Under the pieces are notes generated by a model. That model was not told the origin of the DNA and searched no databases. It was given only the letters and a program-made list of their open reading frames with translations. Made by a program: the position numbers and the translations under genes. Below are positions 9,801 through 17,955 of a stretch of DNA of 35,284 nucleotides, in pieces (position 1 is the stretch's first letter; every line of letters begins with the position of its first letter). This DNA is from a virus (lineage: Duplodnaviria; Caudoviricetes), in IMG/VR virus record IMGVR_UViG_3300027892_003173, positions 1-35,284 of that record; one strand, written 5' to 3'.

Positions 9801-12800
9801 CGCGGAGACAACACCCAAGCCCCGTTCACGGGAGAGGTGATTGCCCCCGGCACGGTTCCTCAGATCAGGTCCACTCCCGAAGCCCGAGCCGCACTCGCTG
9901 GAGTTGGCTCGGCTCCCCGCACGTCCAACACGACGTCCGAAGAGGTTCGTTCGGTCGTGGAAAAGCAGGCCGCAGTGCCATACAGCGAACGCAAAGTGTT
10001 CCGCGCCGACTACGACTCAGCCGTGAAGCCGTCAGAGGGTGACCCAACCCGAGACGTGCGCGCCGAACAACTGGCAAACGCTTCCAAGCTCGACGCCCTC
10101 GGCCTCACCAACCCGCTACGGGCTTCAGCCGACAAGGCCTTCATTCCGACGACCGCAGGAAAATCAAAGAACGCCTTTTTTGCCTACAACCTCGACAAGG
10201 TGGCCGCAAATCTCGACCGCATCGCCGTCTGGGGTTCGGAGAATCCAAAGTATTTCCAGAGCCTTAAGACGGGTTACGACAGCCCCACCTCGCCAAAAAT
10301 CCTTGCGGACCTAAACACCTACCAAAAGAATCAGGCCAATGGCTACGCCGGAGATGGCCGCAAGTTGGCCACGGTCACCGTGGATAAAGGCGGCGCGGGT
10401 CCGATCCCCGTCAACCCTAACTACACGCCGACGATCCTTCCAAAAGAGCAGGCGCAGTTCCTGAACCTCCTGATGGGAACCTACGGCAAGGGACGGTCTG
10501 CAACCAAGAGTTTCCCCGACGTGTTCTCGACCCGACTTGCCGAGGCAATGGGCGTGGGCGTGCATTTAGCTGAGGGCGAGACTGCCACGGGCAAGCCTTC
10601 GCTCACCGTTGAGGCGAACGCGATGGCCAAGAAACTCGAGGAATTGGGCTTTGATCCTCGGGACCTTGAAACCGCGTTCGAGAACCTGCGCTACGACCGA
10701 TTCCTCACGACCCCCGAGGAAATTAAAGGTGCAACGCTGGCACCTGCCTACGAGCAGGTGGTTCAGGCTGGCCTTATGCCCGCGCATAGCCCCGAAGGCG
10801 CACAATACACCGACTCTGTGCTCGCTAAGCTCAGGGCCGTCACGAGCGAGGGCAGCGACGGCGACACCTTCAATCAGGACGGCACACAATACACTGGCGG
10901 CGGCCTCGTGGTGCCTCTAGTGTCACGGAATTTTGACCGCAACGCCATCAAGATTGACGACATTCAGGCCTTCAAGGACGCGAACGCGGACAAGATGTCG
11001 CCTGCGGTGAAGGTGGGAGTCTACAAGTTCCCCAACTCCGAGGACATGAGCGTCGACCTGAACATTGTCGTCGACCCCAAGAACGAGGCGCTGGCCCGTC
11101 GTGTAGGGGCCGAGCTTGGACAGGAGAGTCTCTTCGATCTTGGCAGCTTTGACAACGTCAAGACGGGGGCGTCGGGCAAGAACACCCTCCCGCTCAATCC
11201 TGAGCAGTTCAAGCGCCTTGGCGACGCCCTGTCAAAGGGCGAGTATCCGCAGGACGTCATCAACGAAGCCTACGCGCAGAACCCCGAAATCGCGAAGGCC
11301 ATCAAGGCCGAGACGGCGGTAAAGCCTGCGGCCTTCATGCCCGCTGGAAAAGTAGATTCTCCCGAGTTTAAGAATTGGTTCGGGGACTTTAACGACCCCA
11401 ACGCGTTCTCTTCGCGACAAAAGGCTCCTGTCTCAGTGGCAGTAGAGCGAGTAGACGGAAAACTACAGCCTAAAAAGTTAGTTCACGCCACTCGATTTGG
11501 TTTTTCAAAGTTTGAGGTCGGGCGAGACACCGTAAACTCTAGTGTGTTTGGCGACGAAACTACCCAGCGCCACGCCATATTCCTTGCGGATTCGCCTGAA
11601 CTCTCAAATCAATACGTCACCTCAGCGAGAGGCAAGGTTTCTGAAGGGGCTCGAACGCTTCCTGTTTACGCCAGCTTAAAATCCCCCCTCGACCTTACTA
11701 AATCCTTCGACGCTTACGCGCTCGGAGAAGAGATTGGAGTATCAGGACGTTGGATACAAAACATCGGTGAAACGTGGCAGTTATTTGACGGTGAGAATGG
11801 AAAGGCGTTTGTAGAAGGCGCAAAGCAGGCTGGATACGACGGGGTGATCTTCAGTGAAACTGGTCCAGACAGACTAAACGACTACGAGGTATACGCGGTT
11901 TTTTCTCCTGAACAGGTTAAGTCTGCGATCTCGCCGACATTCGACCCCGCCAACCCTGCGGCCTTCATGCCCGCAGGCAAAGCCGACGTGCAGTTTCAGC
12001 GTGACATCCCGCTGAAGGGCTCAATGAAGGGCGTGCTCGACCTTGTTCACTTCTCTTCAAAGGCGCTTACCGAGGTCGACCCCAACCAGTCCTTCGGGAA
12101 GGGTGCGGCGACCGCAGCCGATAGACAGGGCATGAACAAGACGTTCTTCTACACCAAGGGAACGGCGTATGAGGGCCCTATCGCGGGCCGCAGCAACGTC
12201 TACACCGCACAAGTGGACGGAAAGTCGATCTACAACTACAACACGGACCCGCTGGACGTTCGCTCGATTGTCAACCGCGAAAAGCGTGACCAAGCCATCA
12301 TCGACGCAGGCTTCAAGGGCTACTACGTAGAGACAGAGGGCTTCGACGCGGTCGCGATGTTTGACAAGGTGAAGGTCAATGCAGCGCTTCGTCAGGACGT
12401 GATGTCGAAGGGCCAAATGAAGGCGCTCGGTTTTGAGCCGCAAGTGCGCCAGAGCGAAGCCGACCAGATTAGGTCTGAGATTGTGAAATCTCCTGAATAT
12501 AAAAAAGAAGCTGCGCGCATTGCGAAGCAGGTGGGATCGTCAACCAACGGCGCGTATTTTGACACCCTGTTGCAATGGGTCGACTCCAAGGTTGACGAAC
12601 GTATCGGCGGTTCTGGTTCGCCCACGCTTTCCGAAAATGCAATCGGAGGGCGTCCATTTTCTCCTGAAATTCGCGATCTTTTACAGCGCCGTAAAAACGG
12701 AGAAAAAATTTCTCAGGCCCAATTCGACGAAGCGGTTAATGCTACGTTTCCATCGACTTTGGTGCCTATCCCAACTTTTGAGTCACTTCCCACTCGAAGA

Positions 12801-14762
12801 GAGATCGACAACGCAATCGACAAGGGACAGAGGGAATCGCGCATAGACGTAAGCACGCTTGAAGCGGGCGATAAAGTTACGTTGCGGCAAGACGTCCCTT
12901 CGTGGACTAGGAAGGGCGTTGGAGTTGTGACCGTTCAAACACCCCTCGGAAAAGGATACGAAGCCAGCGCGGCTATTCTTAATCCCGTGTTTAAGACTAA
13001 CGAAAAGGCGTCTTTAAAAATAGCAATGGGAGACGCAAAAGGACCGCACATCGCTATATCGGGCGAGTGGGACGCCAATCAAGCCGTGCCAGACAATCTG
13101 GGAAGCTGGACGCAGGTTGGATACAACCCAGATCGCCATTCGTTTTACTACGAACGCGGCACGAACAAAGAGGTCGTGAGTGGAGATCGGGCATTTCAGG
13201 TTGGAAACACAGTGTTCGTAGAGAACCCTGTGTATGGCAAAGGCTCGAGTTCAGAGTTGCGCTATATGCCCGCTGAAAAAGCGGACGGCCCTCTCAGTGA
13301 CGCAACGGTGGGTATGGCAATGGACGCGCCTGAAGGTGCTCGCATTATTTCGGAAGGGGGCGATTCCGACACCCTCCCTCTTTTCCAGCGAGTTGACGCC
13401 AAAGGAAATCCAATGTTCGAGCCCTTAAGCCGGACTGAAAAACTCAACGGCGACGAAGCGCTGCCAAAAGTGGTGAAGCAGGACTACGATTTCTTGGAGT
13501 CTCCAAGCCTCCGGGACTATTCGGGGCAAGGACCTGAAGACGCTTCTGTTCCCGACTTTGATTCTCTCCCCTACAAACTTACGAAGGGAGAAAAAGAAGC
13601 CCTTTCTGCCGCCGTAAAATCTGGCGCAATCGACGACGCCAAACGTCGTCTGGCGGCTAAAATTAGGAAGTCGATGGAGAACCCAGAAATTGCCGCTGGC
13701 AAAGGGTGGTATGGTCGCATGAGGCAAAAGTTGCTGGCTGCTTTAGGTGAGGATGGCCGTGAGCTATTCTCCCAGTTGCTCGGGGCTACCAGTGCGCGCA
13801 CGCCCGTGGACGAAAATTTCATGCAGGCCTTCGACGCCTACGAAGGGGTTGGAGAAGGTCGGTATTCCGATATAATCCAAAAATACTTGAAGCTCAGAGA
13901 AGCCTCTCAGGTAAAAAACAAGGCGCAAAAACTTAAGAGCCTTCAGGCATACGTTGAAAAGACGGGGGCAGAGTCGGTGGTTCGTGGTGACGTGATTGAA
14001 TTGGAGAAGAAGATTACTAAGCTCGGTGGGAAGAATCGGCTCGCCCTCCGTAAGAAAATAAACGCCTTGAAGGCGGTGCTAGACCTTCCTAAGGAAGAGC
14101 GCACCGCAGGGCAGTGGATGGCCCTCGAAATTATGGGCTCTCGGCTTACTCCGATGCGTTCAAATGGAAAACGCTTCAACGCCAATTCACTGCCCGTCCT
14201 AAAGGTGTTGGCTGGAGTATGGCTCGCGGACGCAAAGGCCCCGAAGACTCCGAATTTCGCGGGGAACCTCACTGGGCGCACGCTTCAAGCCACCATCGAC
14301 GTATGGGCGGCCCGAGCCGTTCGAGACCTGCTCTATTCGGGCTCAGGAAAGCCTTGGAGAATTCAACCTAAGGCCGAGGGAGCGGTGAGTAACGTGGACT
14401 TCGCGGTGGGACAAGAGATTTTCAAGCGTGCAGCCAAAGAGCTTGGAATGGCCCCAGACGACTTGCAGGCGATTGCGTGGTTCGACGAAAAAAACACGTG
14501 GCAACAACGTGGCTGGTCTGAGAGCACCGCAGGCAACGCTAAGTCTAGCTTCGATGGGATTTTCGACATTTTCTTCCCTGCGGGAGAGAAACCGAGAGGT
14601 TTTGAAGAAGCTGTGAAGCTCGTAATGGCCGAAAGAGAAGCACGTAAAGCCGCTGGGGAGCTTGAACTCCCCCCGCAAGAGGGTGATAATACCCCTCTCG
14701 CCGACGAAGATATTGACTTAAATTCCGACGAACTCCCCCTATCCAATGCCCGAACAAAATAA
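6891..14762 (+). CDS. giant polyvalent internal virion protein: membrane-like N-terminus, zincin metallopeptidase, multiple effector domains
   Basis: 2623 aa. Gly/Ala-rich hydrophobic helices (~8060-8450). HEATH at 8775-8789 plus EVLAE at 8994. ART-PolyVal-type domain (SPEFKNWFG..LVHAT..IFLA..LPVYASLKSPL..AGYDGVI..EVYAVFSPEQVKSA) at 11337-11966. C-terminal GWY..KTPNF..NLTG..TIDVW..LQAIAW domain. Confidence 0.85.
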   Translation: MALENTPSPEQDSRLKEIESWSSSSIPQLKALYQGHKAGGTLTPERGAAIAAVTAKKVNELKSQLTSIDSTTALANEAAKMKVDGNVDDDTLRAAGIDKHFDKLAKANYNASRLGAVGDVAGDVAMGLGKEVLSLTPYAPLARAVTGDDTLLNSTIVVPFVKGVSGAVADSVAAPFSEDARKRVVASAEAGARGSANLISQAFTRGMYEDAAKRGDFGPLLFAEMARYEDYQKAVAGRGALAEFSGQSSDLSPKDRARVEVQSMAYDPLNVIPGAAAAKVGTLAGGAARNAALVAARGASAVPAAAGLLQKAAVVGEKVAGGVAKALDTTPKSVGLARPLETLEQAAAAASAKPSVGVFTAPQALGERLVTVGKGMVDRATAARNASGATSMSGSAIAIGAAMAGADLGTSLTAGLATSMFSKAAKRRLGVAAVGKATELTGNLLIGTKASQAAFRMLDDYRLAKSALVSAGVGATASLPFALLSNDPEEQAQIVATGGTLGGLFGVANTGKALLNGVALKAAGLTPGAKAEPRGIASKPYGLFPEADALHSKADTMLSNAGADYVDSMRTLLGDRAEYYAASSPEDAARLAASMGYKVDGNAQGFFFVRPSDGKRVAVAIVGSESSGHEATHALLSALKADENVAPFIAEAYAAANLALGATDAPAFTTTKREYETLAGRTIEQIIGSNDPVKVRDYLVNEVLAEHGSVLLAGLPAGKLGGDATVTQKLAQGFLKTAENFGGRNVMSGDRTIGTSRTLRYNPQFNVLDALKNVMSAVKLENSPDVAYLVDEAKKTVRNEPDDLRSEGILNPIPRDLYSDANYDPNAPTLAKTEGNVPFGDVDNPLSGYDAGAPSGRVIFPRQEAAPEVTPLADAVVTPEVAPTPEVAPLADAAVAPEVAPTAETAPLAQPTPPPEANVVTATDGTILGTNAKQVGPIRASRDGKNFAEVEYTGPDGTPARSYVPEENFRRGDNTQAPFTGEVIAPGTVPQIRSTPEARAALAGVGSAPRTSNTTSEEVRSVVEKQAAVPYSERKVFRADYDSAVKPSEGDPTRDVRAEQLANASKLDALGLTNPLRASADKAFIPTTAGKSKNAFFAYNLDKVAANLDRIAVWGSENPKYFQSLKTGYDSPTSPKILADLNTYQKNQANGYAGDGRKLATVTVDKGGAGPIPVNPNYTPTILPKEQAQFLNLLMGTYGKGRSATKSFPDVFSTRLAEAMGVGVHLAEGETATGKPSLTVEANAMAKKLEELGFDPRDLETAFENLRYDRFLTTPEEIKGATLAPAYEQVVQAGLMPAHSPEGAQYTDSVLAKLRAVTSEGSDGDTFNQDGTQYTGGGLVVPLVSRNFDRNAIKIDDIQAFKDANADKMSPAVKVGVYKFPNSEDMSVDLNIVVDPKNEALARRVGAELGQESLFDLGSFDNVKTGASGKNTLPLNPEQFKRLGDALSKGEYPQDVINEAYAQNPEIAKAIKAETAVKPAAFMPAGKVDSPEFKNWFGDFNDPNAFSSRQKAPVSVAVERVDGKLQPKKLVHATRFGFSKFEVGRDTVNSSVFGDETTQRHAIFLADSPELSNQYVTSARGKVSEGARTLPVYASLKSPLDLTKSFDAYALGEEIGVSGRWIQNIGETWQLFDGENGKAFVEGAKQAGYDGVIFSETGPDRLNDYEVYAVFSPEQVKSAISPTFDPANPAAFMPAGKADVQFQRDIPLKGSMKGVLDLVHFSSKALTEVDPNQSFGKGAATAADRQGMNKTFFYTKGTAYEGPIAGRSNVYTAQVDGKSIYNYNTDPLDVRSIVNREKRDQAIIDAGFKGYYVETEGFDAVAMFDKVKVNAALRQDVMSKGQMKALGFEPQVRQSEADQIRSEIVKSPEYKKEAARIAKQVGSSTNGAYFDTLLQWVDSKVDERIGGSGSPTLSENAIGGRPFSPEIRDLLQRRKNGEKISQAQFDEAVNATFPSTLVPIPTFESLPTRREIDNAIDKGQRESRIDVSTLEAGDKVTLRQDVPSWTRKGVGVVTVQTPLGKGYEASAAILNPVFKTNEKASLKIAMGDAKGPHIAISGEWDANQAVPDNLGSWTQVGYNPDRHSFYYERGTNKEVVSGDRAFQVGNTVFVENPVYGKGSSSELRYMPAEKADGPLSDATVGMAMDAPEGARIISEGGDSDTLPLFQRVDAKGNPMFEPLSRTEKLNGDEALPKVVKQDYDFLESPSLRDYSGQGPEDASVPDFDSLPYKLTKGEKEALSAAVKSGAIDDAKRRLAAKIRKSMENPEIAAGKGWYGRMRQKLLAALGEDGRELFSQLLGATSARTPVDENFMQAFDAYEGVGEGRYSDIIQKYLKLREASQVKNKAQKLKSLQAYVEKTGAESVVRGDVIELEKKITKLGGKNRLALRKKINALKAVLDLPKEERTAGQWMALEIMGSRLTPMRSNGKRFNANSLPVLKVLAGVWLADAKAPKTPNFAGNLTGRTLQATIDVWAARAVRDLLYSGSGKPWRIQPKAEGAVSNVDFAVGQEIFKRAAKELGMAPDDLQAIAWFDEKNTWQQRGWSESTAGNAKSSFDGIFDIFFPAGEKPRGFEEAVKLVMAEREARKAAGELELPPQEGDNTPLADEDIDLNSDELPLSNARTK
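9486..9617 (+). repeat. degenerate APEV(A/T)P linker repeats in the giant protein
   Basis: APEVTPLADAVVTPEVAPTPEVAPLADAAVAPEVAPTAETAPLA. Confidence 0.8.
11325..11974 (+). repeat. exact 20-bp direct repeat cctgcggccttcatgcccgc flanking the ART domain
   Basis: Copies at 11325-11344 and 11955-11974, 630 bp (210 codons) apart; both encode PAAFMPA. Confidence 0.95.
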
Positions 14763-14940
14763 AGTCTCAGACGAGAGTGCGTATCTGGCCCTCATGCGAA
14801 ATCTTGGGGGAGACTCCCCCGACGGTGAAGAAGATGCTGAATTCCTAGAAGCTTTTGATTCGGTAGATGATCTCGTCAACTTGCTCGACGGCAAGACTGG
14901 CCCTCTATCCAAAGCTACCCTCCGTAGAATCAGTAAGTGA
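14746..14940 (+). CDS. small acidic hypothetical protein
   Basis: 64 aa, overlaps both neighbours in operon fashion. Confidence 0.55.
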   Translation: MPEQNKVSDESAYLALMRNLGGDSPDGEEDAEFLEAFDSVDDLVNLLDGKTGPLSKATLRRISK

Positions 14941-15545
14941 TGCCCTCTCCAGAAGTCCCTCCCCTTGCGGATGCCACCGTGTCCACGGCCGAAGCCCCTA
15001 TGGCGTCCCCAAGGCCCCTGATGGGTGCATCCCGTGCGGCCCTGCCGTCCCCCATCTCCGACGTTGCGGCGGGCCGCATGGCTGGCGTGACCTCACCTGC
15101 GTTCGACCCCCAGAACGTCCCGCCCATGATGTCGCAGCTCCTGAAGATCGGCATCCCCGGGCTTGAGGAGGCGGGCGTCAGTCTGTTTGAGACCGCAAAA
15201 TCGGAAACAGTTTTTTATAACCCCACAAAAGTGGACGAGGAGACTCTCCGTCAGGCCGACCAGAACGGCACACTCTACGAGATCGCGCCGCCCATCGGAA
15301 CTGCGGCCCCTGCTGGACAGGGCCAAGCTGCGGCACCGATGGCCCCCGCGATGCCCGCGCAGGGCTCTCCCCTCGCTGGAGCCTCCGTGCAGCAGTCCTC
15401 AAGCTTTAAAGCCCCTCCCGCCTCCGTGCAGGGCCAGCTCTCAACCGCTCGGACCAACAACATTGTGCGTCCCGCAGGCGGCCGCCCCATGAGCCCCGTT
15501 TCAGCCAACCCAATCACCCAGCGCCTAGGCGCTCGAACCGTTTAA
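14940..15545 (+). CDS. Pro/Ala-rich hypothetical virion-module protein
   Basis: ~201 aa; ATG at 14940 overlaps the upstream TGA (GTG at 14937 also possible). Confidence 0.65.
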   Translation: MPSPEVPPLADATVSTAEAPMASPRPLMGASRAALPSPISDVAAGRMAGVTSPAFDPQNVPPMMSQLLKIGIPGLEEAGVSLFETAKSETVFYNPTKVDEETLRQADQNGTLYEIAPPIGTAAPAGQGQAAAPMAPAMPAQGSPLAGASVQQSSSFKAPPASVQGQLSTARTNNIVRPAGGRPMSPVSANPITQRLGARTV

Positions 15546-15549
15546 TACG

Positions 15550-16962
15550 ATGGCCACCTCCGACCAAAAAATTGCCGCCATGAGAAAGCGAGGGGTGTCC
15601 GAAGCGGACATAGCCAGAGTCGTGGCGGCAGACGAGAAAGCTGCGGCCGAAGACGCCCGCACAGGTGCAAACCCAAATCAAGCCACTGCGGCCGCCGTGA
15701 CGAGCGGATTTAAGACGGCACAAGCTACCCCGCCCGCACAAGCTACCCCGCCCGCGCAAGCCGCACAACCCGTAAGTGCTACCTTTCCTGCACAAGCTTC
15801 ACAGCCCGCACAAGCTACCCCTCCTGCACAAGCTACCCCTCCTGCACAAGCTACCCCTCCTGCACAAGCTACCCCGCCCGCACAAGCTACCCCGCCCGCA
15901 CAAGCTACCCCCGCTGCAAAAGTTGCAGAAGCTCCACGCAACATCTACGCAAACGTCAACGGTGGAGCCCCCTTAAATTCTGGCGCAACGCGCGAGGATA
16001 ACGTCCAACGAGCTAAGGATGCAAAAGCACTGCCACAGATTGCAGCGATCTACAACGCCGCCAGCGCCATCGAGACTGGCAGCGCCCCGAATCAGGTGAT
16101 CAGAATGGTCATGGACCCTCAGACGGGCGCTATCACGCGCCAAGTGACCGACAGCCGCACGGGTAAACCCTATCAGGCTCAGCTCACTCCCGCCGAAATC
16201 GCAGGTGGGTCGTATGCGGGCGCGGGCTCTGCGCTCCCCAGTGGATACGCTGGCATGGCGCGAAAAGGTGGTGGATACACCACTATAGCTCCCGACGGAA
16301 CCAGCAAAACGTATAAGTCAGAGGCCGAGGGTTTAGCTGGGGCTACGGCACAAGCTGCCCTAGCTGCACAAGTTGCCCCCGCCACACTAGCCGCTAATTC
16401 GGTTCCGACTACGCCACCTCCGACTACGCCGCCCGTTGCAGCCGTTACGCCGCCTACGCCGCCTACGCCGCCTACGCCGCCCGTTGCAGCCGTTACGCCG
16501 CCCGTCAAAACAGTAGACCCAGCTCCAAACTCAAAATATCTTCGCCTCGCCAACGCAGTGGTAAATCCATTGGGCGGTATAATCGAAACGATGAACGAGC
16601 TTAACGTAAAGCCTGCTCAATCTGCTAACCTACCCGCGACTGACGAGTATTCTAATCTATTAAACGCTTTGACCGAAAGAAATAAGCAACAGGCTGCCGT
16701 TGATGCTGGCAACGCTACTCCAGATCAGGTAGAACTTCTCAAAAGCAACAACGCTAAAGTAGACGAGCTTAAAGAAAGGCTATTGAAAACTATAAACACG
16801 GCAGGGTCCTCTACTACTCCGTCTACGGCTACGACCGCTGAAGGTGTGATGAGCCCTAAAGCCTACCGAGCCGCCCGCGAAAAGCTCGGCCTCTCGCAGC
16901 AAGGACAAGCCAACCGCGAGAAAGTAACGCTTGAGGAAATTAAAAAGCGCGAGGCTAAGTAG
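15550..16962 (+). CDS. low-complexity Pro/Ala/Thr repeat protein, last gene of the + strand block
   Basis: 470 aa with QATPPA and PPT/PVAAVT repeats and a coiled-coil-like C-terminus. Confidence 0.7.
   Translation: MATSDQKIAAMRKRGVSEADIARVVAADEKAAAEDARTGANPNQATAAAVTSGFKTAQATPPAQATPPAQAAQPVSATFPAQASQPAQATPPAQATPPAQATPPAQATPPAQATPPAQATPAAKVAEAPRNIYANVNGGAPLNSGATREDNVQRAKDAKALPQIAAIYNAASAIETGSAPNQVIRMVMDPQTGAITRQVTDSRTGKPYQAQLTPAEIAGGSYAGAGSALPSGYAGMARKGGGYTTIAPDGTSKTYKSEAEGLAGATAQAALAAQVAPATLAANSVPTTPPPTTPPVAAVTPPTPPTPPTPPVAAVTPPVKTVDPAPNSKYLRLANAVVNPLGGIIETMNELNVKPAQSANLPATDEYSNLLNALTERNKQQAAVDAGNATPDQVELLKSNNAKVDELKERLLKTINTAGSSTTPSTATTAEGVMSPKAYRAAREKLGLSQQGQANREKVTLEEIKKREAK
15721..15918 (+). 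repeat. 18-bp coding tandem repeat, 11 in-phase units (QATPPA)
   Basis: caagctacccc(g/t)cc(c/t)gca: 2 near-perfect units, 3 degenerate, then 6 near-perfect. Confidence 0.95.
16405..16505 (+). repeat. tacgccgcc / gttgcagccgtt coding repeats
   Basis: Encodes PTTPPPTTPPVAAVTPPTPPTPPTPPVAAVTPPV. Confidence 0.9.
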
Positions 16963-17620
16963 CCTCGGTCTTCTTAGTGGCCTTCTTCCGCTTGGGCACC
17001 CCGTCAAAGTGGGGTGTCTGAGTGAGGAGGTTAAAGGTCTCAAACCCCTCCTCGATTAGGCGGTCGAAAGCCCTCATCGCCGCTTCAGGCGTCCTGCCTG
17101 CGGCCATGAGTGGGTGCATCCCCGCCTGCTGCAAGCACGCAACCCAGCCCTTGTTCGACCGTAGCTGGCCGACCTCGGCCTGAAGTCGACGAAAGGGGCG
17201 GCGCGCTTCACGGGTGAGCACCTCCTGAAAGCGGGTCGAGGCCATGAGGTAGTCTGTGTGTGCCATCTCCGACTCGGAGCGGCGCACCGTCCATCGGCCC
17301 GCGTCGTTGAGGATGTTGTCGAGCTGGTGGAGGGCCTGAACCACGGTGTCAGACGCCTTCTTCTGCACCTCGACGTCGTTGTCGGTGCCGTCCACGGGGT
17401 CGTTATCTTCCACAGTAAAGGCACCCACCTCCTCGACGACGCGCAGCAGGCAGCTCACCTGACTCACCGTCTGTTCGGTCGCAGACGGCACGTCAAACTT
17501 CAGTAACGGGCTTGAAGACGGCGAGCCGTCGGGCTGCGGGATGTTGGAGTTCGAGTGGATGATTTTCACTTTGAAGTTTTCTTGGCTGCGCGCTCGGCGT
17601 TTGTTTTTACGGAGTGACAC
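16955..17620 (-). CDS. hypothetical protein with HicB-like C-terminal motif
   Basis: Long GC3-biased ORF containing WVA...AAGRTPEAAMRAFDRL; start uncertain; stop overlaps the convergent + strand gene. Confidence 0.55.
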   Translation of the reverse strand: MSLRKNKRRARSQENFKVKIIHSNSNIPQPDGSPSSSPLLKFDVPSATEQTVSQVSCLLRVVEEVGAFTVEDNDPVDGTDNDVEVQKKASDTVVQALHQLDNILNDAGRWTVRRSESEMAHTDYLMASTRFQEVLTREARRPFRRLQAEVGQLRSNKGWVACLQQAGMHPLMAAGRTPEAAMRAFDRLIEEGFETFNLLTQTPHFDGVPKRKKATKKTEAT

Positions 17621-17955
17621 CCGAGGTGCAGTATCTGGTATGCGGATACGTCCTCGGGAAGGTATCGGGTAAGGAACGGGCCGATGTCGCCCTCCTTTAG
17701 CAGGCTACCGCAGGGAATGATGTGATCAATTTCGACCTCCTCACGGGGGAACCACTCGCCGCAGGCCGCACACTTAAACTCCCACTTCAGGAGCGGGCGG
17801 GCCTTGTTCTCAGACGGGCGGCGGGAGGCCATTAGGGCCTGCTTTTTTGGCTCCCAGTTGTGGCGGAACAGACGACGAAGGTGGGAGCGTATGGCCCCCC
17901 AATACTTTGCCTCGGTCCATGTCCCGAGGTTGCGTGTCTTGGCTGGTTTTGGCAT
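17566..17955 (-). CDS. HNH endonuclease
   Basis: FKCAACG...EIDHIIPCG...YQILHLGCHSVKT. Confidence 0.85.
   Translation of the reverse strand: MPKPAKTRNLGTWTEAKYWGAIRSHLRRLFRHNWEPKKQALMASRRPSENKARPLLKWEFKCAACGEWFPREEVEIDHIIPCGSLLKEGDIGPFLTRYLPEDVSAYQILHLGCHSVKTNAERAAKKTSK

Noticed and set aside
6891-14762. Giant protein as a virion RNA polymerase (N4- or crAss-like)
   Set aside because: No DFDxD or T7-type polymerase motifs found by eye; peptidase and ART motifs fit a polyvalent protein.
15721-15918. Tandem repeat as a possible CRISPR array
   Set aside because: Units are contiguous, in frame and have no unique spacers.
16997-17016. cacccc-N8-ggggtg hairpin near the convergent junction as a terminator
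   Set aside because: Inside a coding region and lacking a U tract on either strand.
17566-17955. HNH as a homing endonuclease in an intron
   Set aside because: Free-standing and coupled to its neighbours; no interrupted gene flanks it.
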